NCBI GenBank assembly: GCA_013416795.1 | Contig: RQSC01000005.1 | Coordinates: forward strand, 264,733-328,732 | Length of the DNA: 64,000 bases | Reading direction: 5' to 3' | From: Prasinococcaceae sp. CCMP 1430 | Taxonomy: Eukaryota > Plantae > Prasinodermophyta | Shown: positions 33,590-43,900 of the stretch, piece by piece | Numbering within the stretch: the stretch's first letter is position 1 | Layout of the letters: the number at the start of each line of letters is the position of its first letter | Translations under genes and position numbers: made by a program | The notes under the pieces: model-generated | The model's input: the letters and a program-made list of their open reading frames with translations, nothing else | What the model was told of the DNA's origin: nothing | The model's database searches: none

Positions 33590-36588
33590 CTAGGGCGCCT
33601 CGTGCGCGCGCCTCGGCGGCGTCGCGCGGCCTTGGCCGTCGTCGCCGCTCTCGTCTTCGTCCAGCGCCGGCAGGTCGGCCGGATGGAAGTGGCGCGACTT
33701 CATCAGGTGCTGCATGAGCTCGCCCGCGAGCGCCTTGCCGCCGGCGCCCGTGAGCGTGAGACTGCTGGTGTCGCTCGAGCGAGGCGACGGGCCGTCGTCA
33801 GCTGCGCTGTCGTCGTCGGTGCCGATGGCCTCGCTGGCGGTCACCTCTTGCGGGCGCCTCGGCGGCGTCGCATTGCCCTTCCCCTTTGGATCCTCGCCGT
33901 CGTCGCCGCTCTCGTGTTCATCGAGCGCCGGCAGGTTGGTCGGATGGAAGTGGCGCGACTTCATCAGGTGCTGCATGAGCTCGCCCGCGAGCGCCTTGCC
34001 GCCGGCGCCCGTGAGCGTGAGACTGCTGGTGTCGCTCGAGCGAGGCGATGTGGGACTCTGAAGGCCATCGCCGGCTGCGCCTTCGCCATCGGAGCCGACG
34101 GCCTCGCGAGCGGCCACCGCGAACCTCGTCCGCCCGGTCAAGCTGCTGTGCTCGCTTTGGGTGTGTTTGAGGGGCCGCCGCCTCCGCCGGCCCACGCCCG
34201 CCCCCGGCGGCACCAGCGCCGTGCCGAAAATCCTCATCTCCATCGCACGGCGCGCGGCCGCGCTGCCACTGAAGAGGGAATCGGTAGTCTGCTCGGCGTC
34301 GCGCCGACGCTTGGCACGCTGCTCGTCTCTGGCCTGCGTGAGCGCTTCGAAGAGCCGCTCGTCTCTGCTCGATGTCAGGTTGCCCTCGAGGTTCAACATC
34401 GAGTCCGTGCGTCTGAAGCGCGAGCGCATGCTCCTGCTCGAGGACGATATGCGCCTCACTGAGGCGGATCCGCGCGGAGACGCCAGAGGAGAGTCGTTCG
34501 ACCAGTGCTTCCCCTCGTCTTCGCTCGAATGGTGCGCGGCCACTGCAGCGGCTGTGGCGGCCGCCGCTGCAACCGCGCGCTTGGCGCTCTCAGGCAGGTC
34601 GCGCTGGTTGGGAAACGCCTCTGCGAAGAGCTCCTCCGCCTGGCGATACGCCTCGTCGTCGTCGTGCGTGCAGTCGTCCTCATCCAGGGCAGGCCGCCAG
34701 CGCGTGACGCGGACCTCGCCGCGGTCTTGGTCAATGCCGACCGCTTCGGCCTCGCCAGCCTCAGCACCCGCGGCGGGGTTGGGCTTGCCCTCGCCAGGCG
34801 CGGCCACTCCACAGATCTCGCGGAGCATGGCGTCCAGCCGCGCAACCCTGTCCTCGATGGCGGTCACATACGACGCGCCAGGCTCGTCCTCTCCAAGGGG
34901 CGCCATCAGCGAACGGTCCCGCAGCGCGAGCTCCACGAGGCTGGTGTTGCCCGAGCGGTGAATGCGGAAGTCCAACAGGTCCACGCCCGAGTCCTCCTTG
35001 TGCAGGCCGGACGTGATGTTGTCGGTGAGCCCCCACGAGCCGCGGCACTGCACCGAGCAGCTGTAGTACACGCGATGCAGCGTGCGGCCGTTGAGGGTTC
35101 CCTCAATGCCAGCGCCGCCACCTTCGATGACCGGCCCGCAGCACAGGTACTTCCGGCGCGCACCTCCCGGCTCCGAGTCGCACGCTGCCTTGGTCAGGAA
35201 GGGCGAGTAGATGGCCGACAGCAACACTGCAAGCACCACCGCACCGTAAGTGTCCGAGTCAAGCGTGCCCGCCTCCCGCGAGGCCGTCGCCACGATGAAG
35301 GCGAATTCACCCCACGCGCTCATGGCGAAACCAATGATCTTCGCCGCGCGCAGCTCGAAGGGCTGAGCAAAGGCACCGGTGGCGACCTTGCCGAACGCCA
35401 CCAGCAAAAACACTGCGGTGCGCCCCAGCACGCGCCCGTTCCACAGGTCACGGATGGGGACCTCGAAGCCGATGGTGCACGCAAAGAAGATCCTCACGAG
35501 CCACCCGAGAATGTGCTGCACCCGACTCTTCCAGACGTGCTCCACACTGGCCAGCGTGCAAAAGCATAGTCCGCCGAGGAATGCGCCCAGCAGGTGGCTG
35601 CTGCGGCCGTAGTAGCACGCCGCCATGATGCCATACCCTGCGGCCAACACCATCAGGAGCAGGGACCCCTCCACAGCAGTGGCAGGGATGCGCGGGACGA
35701 CCACGTTCGCTAGGAAACCCGGCACTATCCTGATCGCGGCGAAGCCAACGCCGAGAATGAAGGCTGCAGAGGCGACCACCGGCACGATGAAGTTGATGGC
35801 GGTGGGCTCCTCGAGCGCCTCCAGCTCCGACAGCAGGACCAGCGCGATGACATCGTCAATCACCGCTGCGGCGATGATCAGCTGGCCCGTAGGAGTAGAC
35901 AACACCTGCGCGTCCTGCAGTACCTTGAGTGATATTCCCATCGACGTGGGCGCCAGGCTCGCACCCACCGCCAGCGCTGTCTTTGTGGCCATGCCAAAGA
36001 AAATTTTGGACAGGCCGAAGCCCAGCACAAGAGGCCCTGCGGCACGCGCGCCGTGCGGTTGCATCCGGTGCCCGAGCGCGCACGCGCGCGCGGGCGGTGG
36101 CACGTGCGATGGTGTCAGCCGCGTGGCGGACGTGGAATTCGTGGCATTCGGCCGCGTTTTCTTTGGGGGGTTCGTACGAGCGCGCCCTCGCGCGCGCTCG
36201 GGCACGGCGGCGCTCACGCACCTAGCGAGCCTGCTACCGCGACCATTACCCCTCGCTTCCCCACCAGCGCGAGCTGGGCGAGGTCCACCTCAAGCCCCGC
36301 CTCGAGCACCATCAATATGAGGCCCAGCTCACCGATGAGCATGAGCGCGACAGGCTGCGGCGCGAGCTCAAGGCCGTGCGGCCCTACGAGGATGCCCGCA
36401 AGAATCTCACCCACGAGCGCGGGCAGGCCTACGCGCGCGGCCATCATCCCACAGAGCACCACGGCAAAGACTGTCGCGCCGAGCGCGAGCACGTCCTCAA
36501 ACGTGAAGCCGTGGCCGCCGGAGTGGCCGTCCCCGTGGTCTGCGGCATCAGCAGCAGCCGCGAGCAGCCCCCGCGCGAGCGACGCCAT
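33590..36588 (-). CDS. Monovalent cation/H+ antiporter (CPA2, Na_H_Exchanger) with a long C-terminal tail; exons 36588-36222 and 36036-33590
   Basis: LVGEILAGILVGP, LGELGLILMVLEAGLEVD, APTSMGIS, AAVIDDV and MSAWGEFAFIVA; phase-1 intron joins in frame. Confidence 0.9.
33600..34045 (-). repeat. In-frame intragenic duplication with a 261-bp (87-aa) period in the antiporter tail
   Basis: SPRSSDTSSLTLTGAGGKALAGELMQHLMKSRHFHP occurs twice; matching DNA at 33681 and 33942. Confidence 0.9.
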
Positions 36589-37306
36589 TGCCGCAGGAAG
36601 GACAGCTCGCGGGTCAGCGCGCGCGACGCGCGCGCGCGCGCCCCTCGCGTGCGCCCTCGCAGTGGCGCCGCACGCGCTGACACGACGGTGTGCAGCGCGC
36701 TCCTCACTCCCTCTGGGCATGAGCTCGTGCTGGCCGCGCTGCCGCGCTCGCCTCGCCGTGAAGGCCCGCATTTTCGCGGATTACAATTTTTCCGTGATAT
36801 TCTCAAAGCACATCAACTATTGCAGTTCGGTCTACAAAATTAGAGCGGTACCGTTCGCCGTTCCCCCCGCGCGCCGGCCCAGCCGCCGCGGGTGCACGCG
36901 GGGCTCGGCCGCGGCGCGGCCAGCCGGCGCGCACTTTTCATTCGGGGCTGCCAGCCAGTAGTCTACCGACGCCACACACCCCACGGCAACGCCACCCTAC
37001 GCGTCTCCCAGCGTACCAGGGACAGTCTCACGCCCGAGGCGCCCCCCCCACTTTGGCGCCTTCGTCCCCGTCCCCGTGCGAGCGCTCCGTCGCACGTCCC
37101 CCTGGCTGCGCGAGCTGCGCCAGGAAGAAGCCCCGCCGCGTGCTATCGAGGGTTGGCGAACGGGCGCGCTGCGAACGGTTGCCGGGGCGCACGCACGCGC
37201 CGGCACCCGCTCCCCCGCGCCGCGCCGAGCGCATGCCAGTTCGCGCGCCGCTGCCGCTTGCCACTTGCCGCTGCCGCGGCCGCCGCCGCGGCCGCGGCCG
37301 CGCGCG

Positions 37307-38618
37307 ATGCTCGCGCTCGACGACATCAATGCTGACAGCGGCGGCGAGAGCGATGAGATCACGGGGGAAAGGTCGGTTGTGAAGCCGGCGGAGGAGGCGC
37401 CGCTCGGGGAGCTCTCGGACGAGCACGAGCGAGCGCAGCTGTGCGCGCGCTTGCGTGCCGGCGGGTACGCAGTGCTGCGCCGACCTGCTGCTGCAGGTGA
37501 GGAGCGTGCGCGCGCATGCGCTCGCGCGGGCCGTCGCCCGTTCACTGACAGCCGAGGGCATTCGCCGACCTGAGCGGGCGCACACACTCGTGCACACGCC
37601 CGCAGCGTCTGCAGTGCGCGCGCGCGAGAGAGTGGGGAAAATGTTGCAGGCGGCGCCACGCGAGTTGCTGGCACGCTTTCACGGAGCAGGCCCAGGGCCC
37701 GGGCAAAAACACGGCTACATGGATTTCTCCGAGGAGGGCTTCGAGGTCTTCGAGGGTGCGTGGACGTGCGCGCACCCGCGCGCCTCCGCCACGCCTGCCG
37801 AATACAGATTGTCTGAACGCCCGTCGCTATCACTGACGCGCCTGCTCGAATCCGCGCATTGAGCCCTCTCTCGCGCACATTTCCTGCCGCGCGCTCCCGT
37901 ACGTTCAGTGCGCGACCACTTTGATGGCCGTTTCCAGTGGCCAAACGTTCCCGGTCTGCGCGACGCGGTCGAGGGCGCGCGCGCGGCGCTGCGTGCCGTC
38001 GCTCTCGAGACGCTCGTGGCGGTGCTTGTGAACGAGCGCGTCGACCCGTCAGACGCGGTGCTCGCGCGGCTGCTCGACAGGCCAGTCCCGCCCACATCGA
38101 CAGGGAAGGCGACTCCGAGTGAGCTGGCTGAATGCAGCTCGTCAGGAATGCGCATGCTGCGCTACGACGGCAACAGTGGTGCCGGTCCCCGCAATGGCTC
38201 ACCACACACCGACAACACGTTGATCACAGCCGCGCCGCGCGCGGACGTGCCCGCACTGCAGCTCGCCAAGAGGGCTGAGGGGGGTCGCGAGAGCGTGTGG
38301 GAAGCTGTAGAAGCGCAGATGGGTCCCGACGATGTGCTGGTGTTCGCAGGTGACGCGCTCTGCGCGCTTACGCGCGGACGCTACGCCGCTGGCCTGCACC
38401 GTGTGCCGCCCGGCGAATACGCCGGCAAGTGGCGAATGTCGACGCCGTACTTTTTGAGGGCGCGGCCAGGGGCCGAGCTGGGCATGCTCACGCAGGACGA
38501 ATTGGAACGAAACGTGCGCAATTGCCGGCGCTCACGGCCATGGATGCGCAGCCGCGCGGACGCGGAGTGGTACGCGCAAAGGATCGAACTCCTGCGAAGC
38601 ACCGAGTCCCAGCACTGA
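37307..38618 (+). CDS. 2-oxoglutarate/Fe(II)-dependent dioxygenase (IPNS-like); about 3 exons
   Basis: MLRY, PHTD (HxD), VFAGDAL, GLHRV and RMSTPYF (RxS). Confidence 0.85.
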
Positions 38619-38733
38619 CCCACACAAACACACACCGAGCAAGGCCATCAGGAGTAATAGGCAGTCGACGGGTAGGACAGGTTGTCGTATCTGCGTCGTG
38701 TGCGCTTACGTGTGCCCACGCGCCGCGGCTGCA

Positions 38734-40332
38734 TCAAGCGCGCGCGCGCTTTCGCGCGGCGCCGTCAGCGGCAGCGGCGCCGTCGACAGCAACGAGCGCA
38801 GAGTGCTGCCCGCCGAAGCTCACGCAGGTGACGCGCTTGCCCGCCATCCGCTTGCCACCCTTGACTTGGTACGGCGTGATCTCGTCATCATCGGCGTTAG
38901 GCGCGCTCTTCGGCTTGCCAAGCTGCATGCTCGTGTTTGAGCCCCAGGTCCAGCAGCGACCGTCCCTCGAGATCGCGGCACTCGTGGACAGGCCGCACGC
39001 GACAGCCACGACCCCGTCGATACCCGGCACCACGCCAGGCGCCCACACGGGGTCGTCCGACTCGGGGTCCACGTCAGTGCGCCCCAGCCTGCCGTACGTC
39101 GGCCTGCCCATGGCGAGCACCTGGCCCTGGCTTGTAACCGCCAGCGTGTGGTGCTCGCCACCGTGCAGCGTGCACACCCCTTTGCCGCTCAGCGCGTCCA
39201 CCCGCACGGGCTCGTACTTCTCGCGCCCCTCTTGCTGCACGCCCTTGCCGTCTCCGAGCTCGATCCCCAGCTGCGAGTAGTTGTTCAGCCCGAAAGCAAG
39301 CACGTCCTCGCCACACACGACGAAAGAGCAGAACGCGCCTGCAGCGATCGCCGTCGGCCTCCTGCCACCGAGAGGCACCACCGTAGGGGTCAGCGTGACC
39401 GGGAGCAGGCCCTTCACTTGGTCCTTGTCCTGCGTGTCCGAGTCCGCCTGGCTCACGCGGCCGAGGCGGCCTTTCTCCGGGCAGCCCCACGACAGCACCT
39501 CGCCGCCCGCGGTCAATGCGAGCACGTGATCGGCGCCGCTGGCGACGTCGACCACCCGGTCCGTGGCGGGGCTGGCCTTAGGGCCCGCAGTCACGATGGG
39601 GGCCTTCGCCACCTTGGTACCTGGAACGAAGCCCATCGGCCCGGACGAGTTGCGATACGTGCCCCAGCCATACACGCAGCCGTCGGCGCAAAGCGCGATC
39701 GAGTGAGAGTCGCCCGCAGTGACCTTGAGCACAGTGCTGCCGGAGGCGATCGGCACCTCCCCCGGGGTCTCCTCCGAGCCCTCGACGTCCTTGTTGGCCA
39801 CGCGGCCCAGCGCGCCCTCATCGTTGATGCCCCAAGAGTACACCACACCAGCAGAGGTTAGCGCCAGCGTGTGCATGCCACCGCACACCATCTGCGTGAC
39901 ACCGACCTCGGCGAGGGCGCCGACAGTGCGCGGCAGGTACGACTCATCGACGTCATCACCAAGGCCAAGGATGCCAAAATCACCGGTGCCGAAGGTCATC
40001 GCCTGACCCTCCGCGCCGATCTTTGCTCCCGCGCCCTCGTCCGCAGCACCTGCTACGCCGTCCACCGGCGCCTTCGCCTCGAGGGCGACGTCGGCGTACT
40101 CGGCACGCAGCTCGCGCATGTAGCGCATGTAGTCGCGGCATCCCGCCTCCCACGAATCGTGCGCTGTGTCGGCCCCACGCTGCTGCGCGCTCACCCATGC
40201 GAAGAATTGCGCATTGAGCGATCCCACCGCGCGCTTGAGCGCCGCTGCGCGCCGCGCTTCCCTGTCATCGCCGGCGGCCGCGCCGGCCGCCGCCGCCGCC
40301 GCCTTGCGTTTCGCGCCGCGAGTGCCAAACAT
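38734..40332 (-). CDS. RCC1: RCC1 (Ran guanine-nucleotide exchange factor) with an N-terminal Nup50/Nup2-like helical motif
   Basis: YSWGINDEGALGR, VTAGDSHSIAL, WGTYRNSSG, YGRLG and VSFGGQHS typify RanGEF RCC1; N-terminal LNAQFFAWV...RDYMRYM. Confidence 0.88.
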   Translation of the reverse strand: MFGTRGAKRKAAAAAAGAAAGDDREARRAAALKRAVGSLNAQFFAWVSAQQRGADTAHDSWEAGCRDYMRYMRELRAEYADVALEAKAPVDGVAGAADEGAGAKIGAEGQAMTFGTGDFGILGLGDDVDESYLPRTVGALAEVGVTQMVCGGMHTLALTSAGVVYSWGINDEGALGRVANKDVEGSEETPGEVPIASGSTVLKVTAGDSHSIALCADGCVYGWGTYRNSSGPMGFVPGTKVAKAPIVTAGPKASPATDRVVDVASGADHVLALTAGGEVLSWGCPEKGRLGRVSQADSDTQDKDQVKGLLPVTLTPTVVPLGGRRPTAIAAGAFCSFVVCGEDVLAFGLNNYSQLGIELGDGKGVQQEGREKYEPVRVDALSGKGVCTLHGGEHHTLAVTSQGQVLAMGRPTYGRLGRTDVDPESDDPVWAPGVVPGIDGVVAVACGLSTSAAISRDGRCWTWGSNTSMQLGKPKSAPNADDDEITPYQVKGGKRMAGKRVTCVSFGGQHSALVAVDGAAAADGAARKRARA

Positions 40333-40559
40333 CGCGGCGCCCGCCCGCCCTCGTGCGCGCGCGCGCGCGCGCACACCCTCGCCCGGGGAGGACGCCTGGG
40401 GGAGGAGCGATAGAAGGCGCGGGGGGACGATCGCACGGCCGAACAATCCGCCGCGCGTCGGGCGCCAGCGGGCGCTCCCGGCCCCTGGCCTGCCCGGCGG
40501 CCGCCGCGGGCTCGCCCAGGCACGCGCGCGCGCGCGGCGAGGGAGATTTCGGACTCTTT

Positions 40560-40760
40560 TTCCCCTCCTTTTTTTTTTGTGTCCCAACCGCAGCGCAACG
40601 TCTCTTGATGATGGCATCCACCGGGACCGGGGCGAAAACAAAATCAAATCAAAATCAAAATCTGTACGCACAATACCATCATGATGGTAATTAACCCTAA
40701 TCCTAGTACCTAACCCCAACCCTGATATGGACCCTATCGCTTTCAAACGCATGGGATTCC
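40560..40760. promoter_or_regulatory. AT-rich bidirectional promoter island between RCC1 and NUP188, with AAAATC repeats and a telo-box-like AACCCTAA
   Basis: AAAATCAAATCAAAATCAAAATC near 40639 and TAACCCTAATCCTAGTACCTAACCCCAACCCT near 40692, between divergent starts. Confidence 0.5.
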
Positions 40761-40967
40761 GGGGGCAATTTTTGGCGGGCGCGCGGGCGGCCGCCGCGCC
40801 ACACCGCGGGCCGCGGGGGGGCGTGCGCGCTCGCGCGCGCGCAAGCGCAGCGCGCCTCGCGAGCCGCCGCGCGGGGCACCGGCGCGAGGCCTTGGTCCCT
40901 CCCCCATCCTCCTCCCTCGCTCGCTCTCTCGTGCTTGTGCCCGCGCGTGCGCGCGTGAGGGTAGGCC

Positions 40968-43900
40968 ATGGCGGGCGTTTTCGGCTTCGGCGCCACACCG
41001 ACGGGAAAGGAGACGCCGGCGCCGCTGTTTGGCGGAGCGGCGACACCGCCTGCTGGAGGTGCAGGCGCAGCACCGCTGTTCGGTGCGGCAACGGCAACCC
41101 CTGCAGCGGCGACGACGACGACGCCCAGCGGCGCTGGCGGGGCAGGCGCAGCGCCGCTGTTCGGTGCGGCTTCGGCGGCCCAAGCTGGTCCTGCGGCTGC
41201 GCAAGCTTCAAAGGCTCCTGCCACTGTGCAAGCTGCGTCGATCAGCTTTGGTGGTGCTCAGGCAACAGGCACTGGCCCTAGCAAAGAGCCGGCCGCCGCT
41301 ACCCCCGCTGCGGCTGCTGCGGCCAACAACACCGCCGCTTCCACCCAGCCGCTGGCCGCGGCCGCTGCAAACACTGCCGCCGCGGCGCCCGCGGCTGGGA
41401 CAAACGCACTCGCCGTTCCTGCTGGGTCTGTGGGGCAGTCGGGCGCGCTGTATGATGCAACTAGTCTCTGGTGGGATCCGTTCCACCGGCTCGCAGTTGC
41501 GCTCGAGGAGGCCGTGCGGGGGCTTCGCGATGAGGTGTCTCTGCGCGCTGAGCTCGATCGCTTCGCTCGATTCCTCGCCGATCCGGCCTCTGCGTTCAAG
41601 CCGCCCTCCTCGGAGGCGCGCGCTGCGATCGCAACGACGGGCAAGTTTGGCATCAACGGCAAGGCGAAGGCGGTGGCACCAGGGCTCCGCGACGCAGCGC
41701 TGGCTGTTTCGGAGCATCTCGAGCTCAATGAGGTGCAGGCGTACGTACTGGTCGTGAGATGCTACCGCAATGGGGCCGATGGCCTCCCGAAGAGCGATCC
41801 AAGCATGCCAGAGGAATGCGCTCGTGTACCAACCCGTTGCGAGAGTTACTACTACACCGAGCGCAGGGATCTGCTCTTCGCGATATTCAACGTGTTGCAG
41901 CTGGCAAAGATGCGGACTGACATGACTGAGGCTGCGGCTGACGTTGCGGAGGACGAGGGGCGTGACGGTGACGCCCACCACAGCGCCGCGGCTGAAAATC
42001 TGGCGGCCTGCGAGGCATGCGCAGACGCCGTCGCGAAGGCGCGCTCTGCGGGCCTCGAGGCGAACTTGGCGTCCGCGCTGAAGGCGGCGCTGGGCGGACC
42101 CCCGGCGGCGCGCGCAATGGCGGCCATGGCGGGGAGTCTCCTCTCGCGTGGTGTTACGGCTGGCGTGAACGCAGCTGCTGACTGGGCTCGTGCTGCACTG
42201 CGCGAGCAGTGCCAGTTGCTTGAGATTGTGTATGCCGTTGGGCTCACGGGCCAGGACAATCTGCAGGAGATGCTCGACACGCTCGGCGCCCACGTTTTTG
42301 GAGTAGATACAAACATCGAGAGCCGTACGAGCCAAACTGCCGCTGCGGCCGCGCTCGCAGCCGCTGAAGGCGAGGCGCGCGCGTACACCGAACGCCGTGA
42401 AGCGCTGGCTGCGTGCCTGTCGTTGCAGCTTATGGGCTTTGACTCTCTCATATCTCGCATCGGCGACGAGCAGACGGGGACCTGGGAGCGAAATGTGCTT
42501 GCAGGCGCTGGTGCTGCCAACACCTGCCGTGCTGTCACCGAGGTTGTAGACATGATCGCCGAGGCAGTCTGCGACGCGGCCGTCCGCACTGGGGCGCACG
42601 CCCCCCCCCAAGCACGCGCAGTGGTCTGTTTGGGATGGGCGTGTGTGCTGCACCTGATCGAGCAGCTACCGGAGCCATTGGCGGGCCCGTTGCCAAGTCT
42701 TGAGAAGTGCGTAGAGGCTGCAACACGAGGCAGAGCGCTCGAGTGGGTGACGTCGGCATTCTCGGCTGGTGGCGCCCTGAGCACCGGCGCTGCTGGTGTT
42801 GGGGCGGGAGCGCACGAGCATTGCATGTCCGAGGATGCCCGCTGGATGATGCGCAGCGTGCTGTCGGCACACTTGGCGTCGTTTGTGATTCCAGCACCGA
42901 TCGGCGCGTTGCTCCAGCCTTGGTCTGAAATCTCGCGGACTACTGCTGCGCTGGCTGCTGTGTTGGACGGCGCTGTCGAGATTTCAGAGGACATCATGGT
43001 GGACAATAACTCTGCACCCATCAATCAACCCATCAACGCCCTGCTGCAGCAAGCACTCCGACCCTTCCCAGAAGACCCGCGGCCGATCTGCACCCTCCTT
43101 CGCTCGATGTGTGCTTCGGAGCGCTGTGCGATGGACGTCGTCTTGTATCTCGATCGCGCGCCGACACTGGCTTTGCGACATCATGTGTCCGACGGCACCA
43201 TCACCGTATCGGCCGCAGGCGGAACCGCCACTTTACTTGAGACGGTTGATGCACAGCTGGCGCCGGGAATGGTCATGCGCTTGGAGGCTCAATCGCAAGG
43301 TACCCTTCTGGGCGTCCCAGACTCAAACTCAGGTGGCAGCGCGATCGTCGCATGGAACTACCCCCAGCGGGGCATTGCTGTGCTTCTTGCCCGCCTGGCT
43401 GGTGTGATCGCTGCCATCGTCGAGGCCCGCCGAGGTGGGCATACACCGGCGGGGGAGACCGTGGAAAGTGCCTTGGTGATGGTGGACCTGCTCGAGCGCG
43501 CCGCGGGCCACAATATGGTGGTTGCTGGCCAGCTTGTGGACTGTGCGAACGCTTGCAACGTGCCTTTCGCGGCCATGATTGCATCGCTGGTGGCAACAAC
43601 TTGCGAAAGCCTGTCGACTCCCTTCCCGGGCTGCCTCGAGCTGCTCAGCGCAGCTCTCCGGCTAGCGAGTGCGCTGTCCGAGGTCGGCCCATCGAACGCG
43701 TTCGCTGCACTGACGGCCATGCCCGGCCTGATGACTCAGCAGACCGGGACGGCGCCCACCCCTCCGGTGGTGCTCATGTCCCTTGCTGCACTCGAGAGAT
43801 CCATGGGTGGGAAGTACCTCGGCACAATCGCATTTCTTGATGCCAGTACCAATGCTATGCTTAATGGTCACCGCGTCGCAACGGATGGGAGCGCGCATGG

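Noticed and set aside
40333-41211. N-terminal 290 aa of the 825-aa RCC1 ORF
   Set aside because: This spans the promoter island and the antisense of NUP188; the ATG at 40332 is the plausible start.
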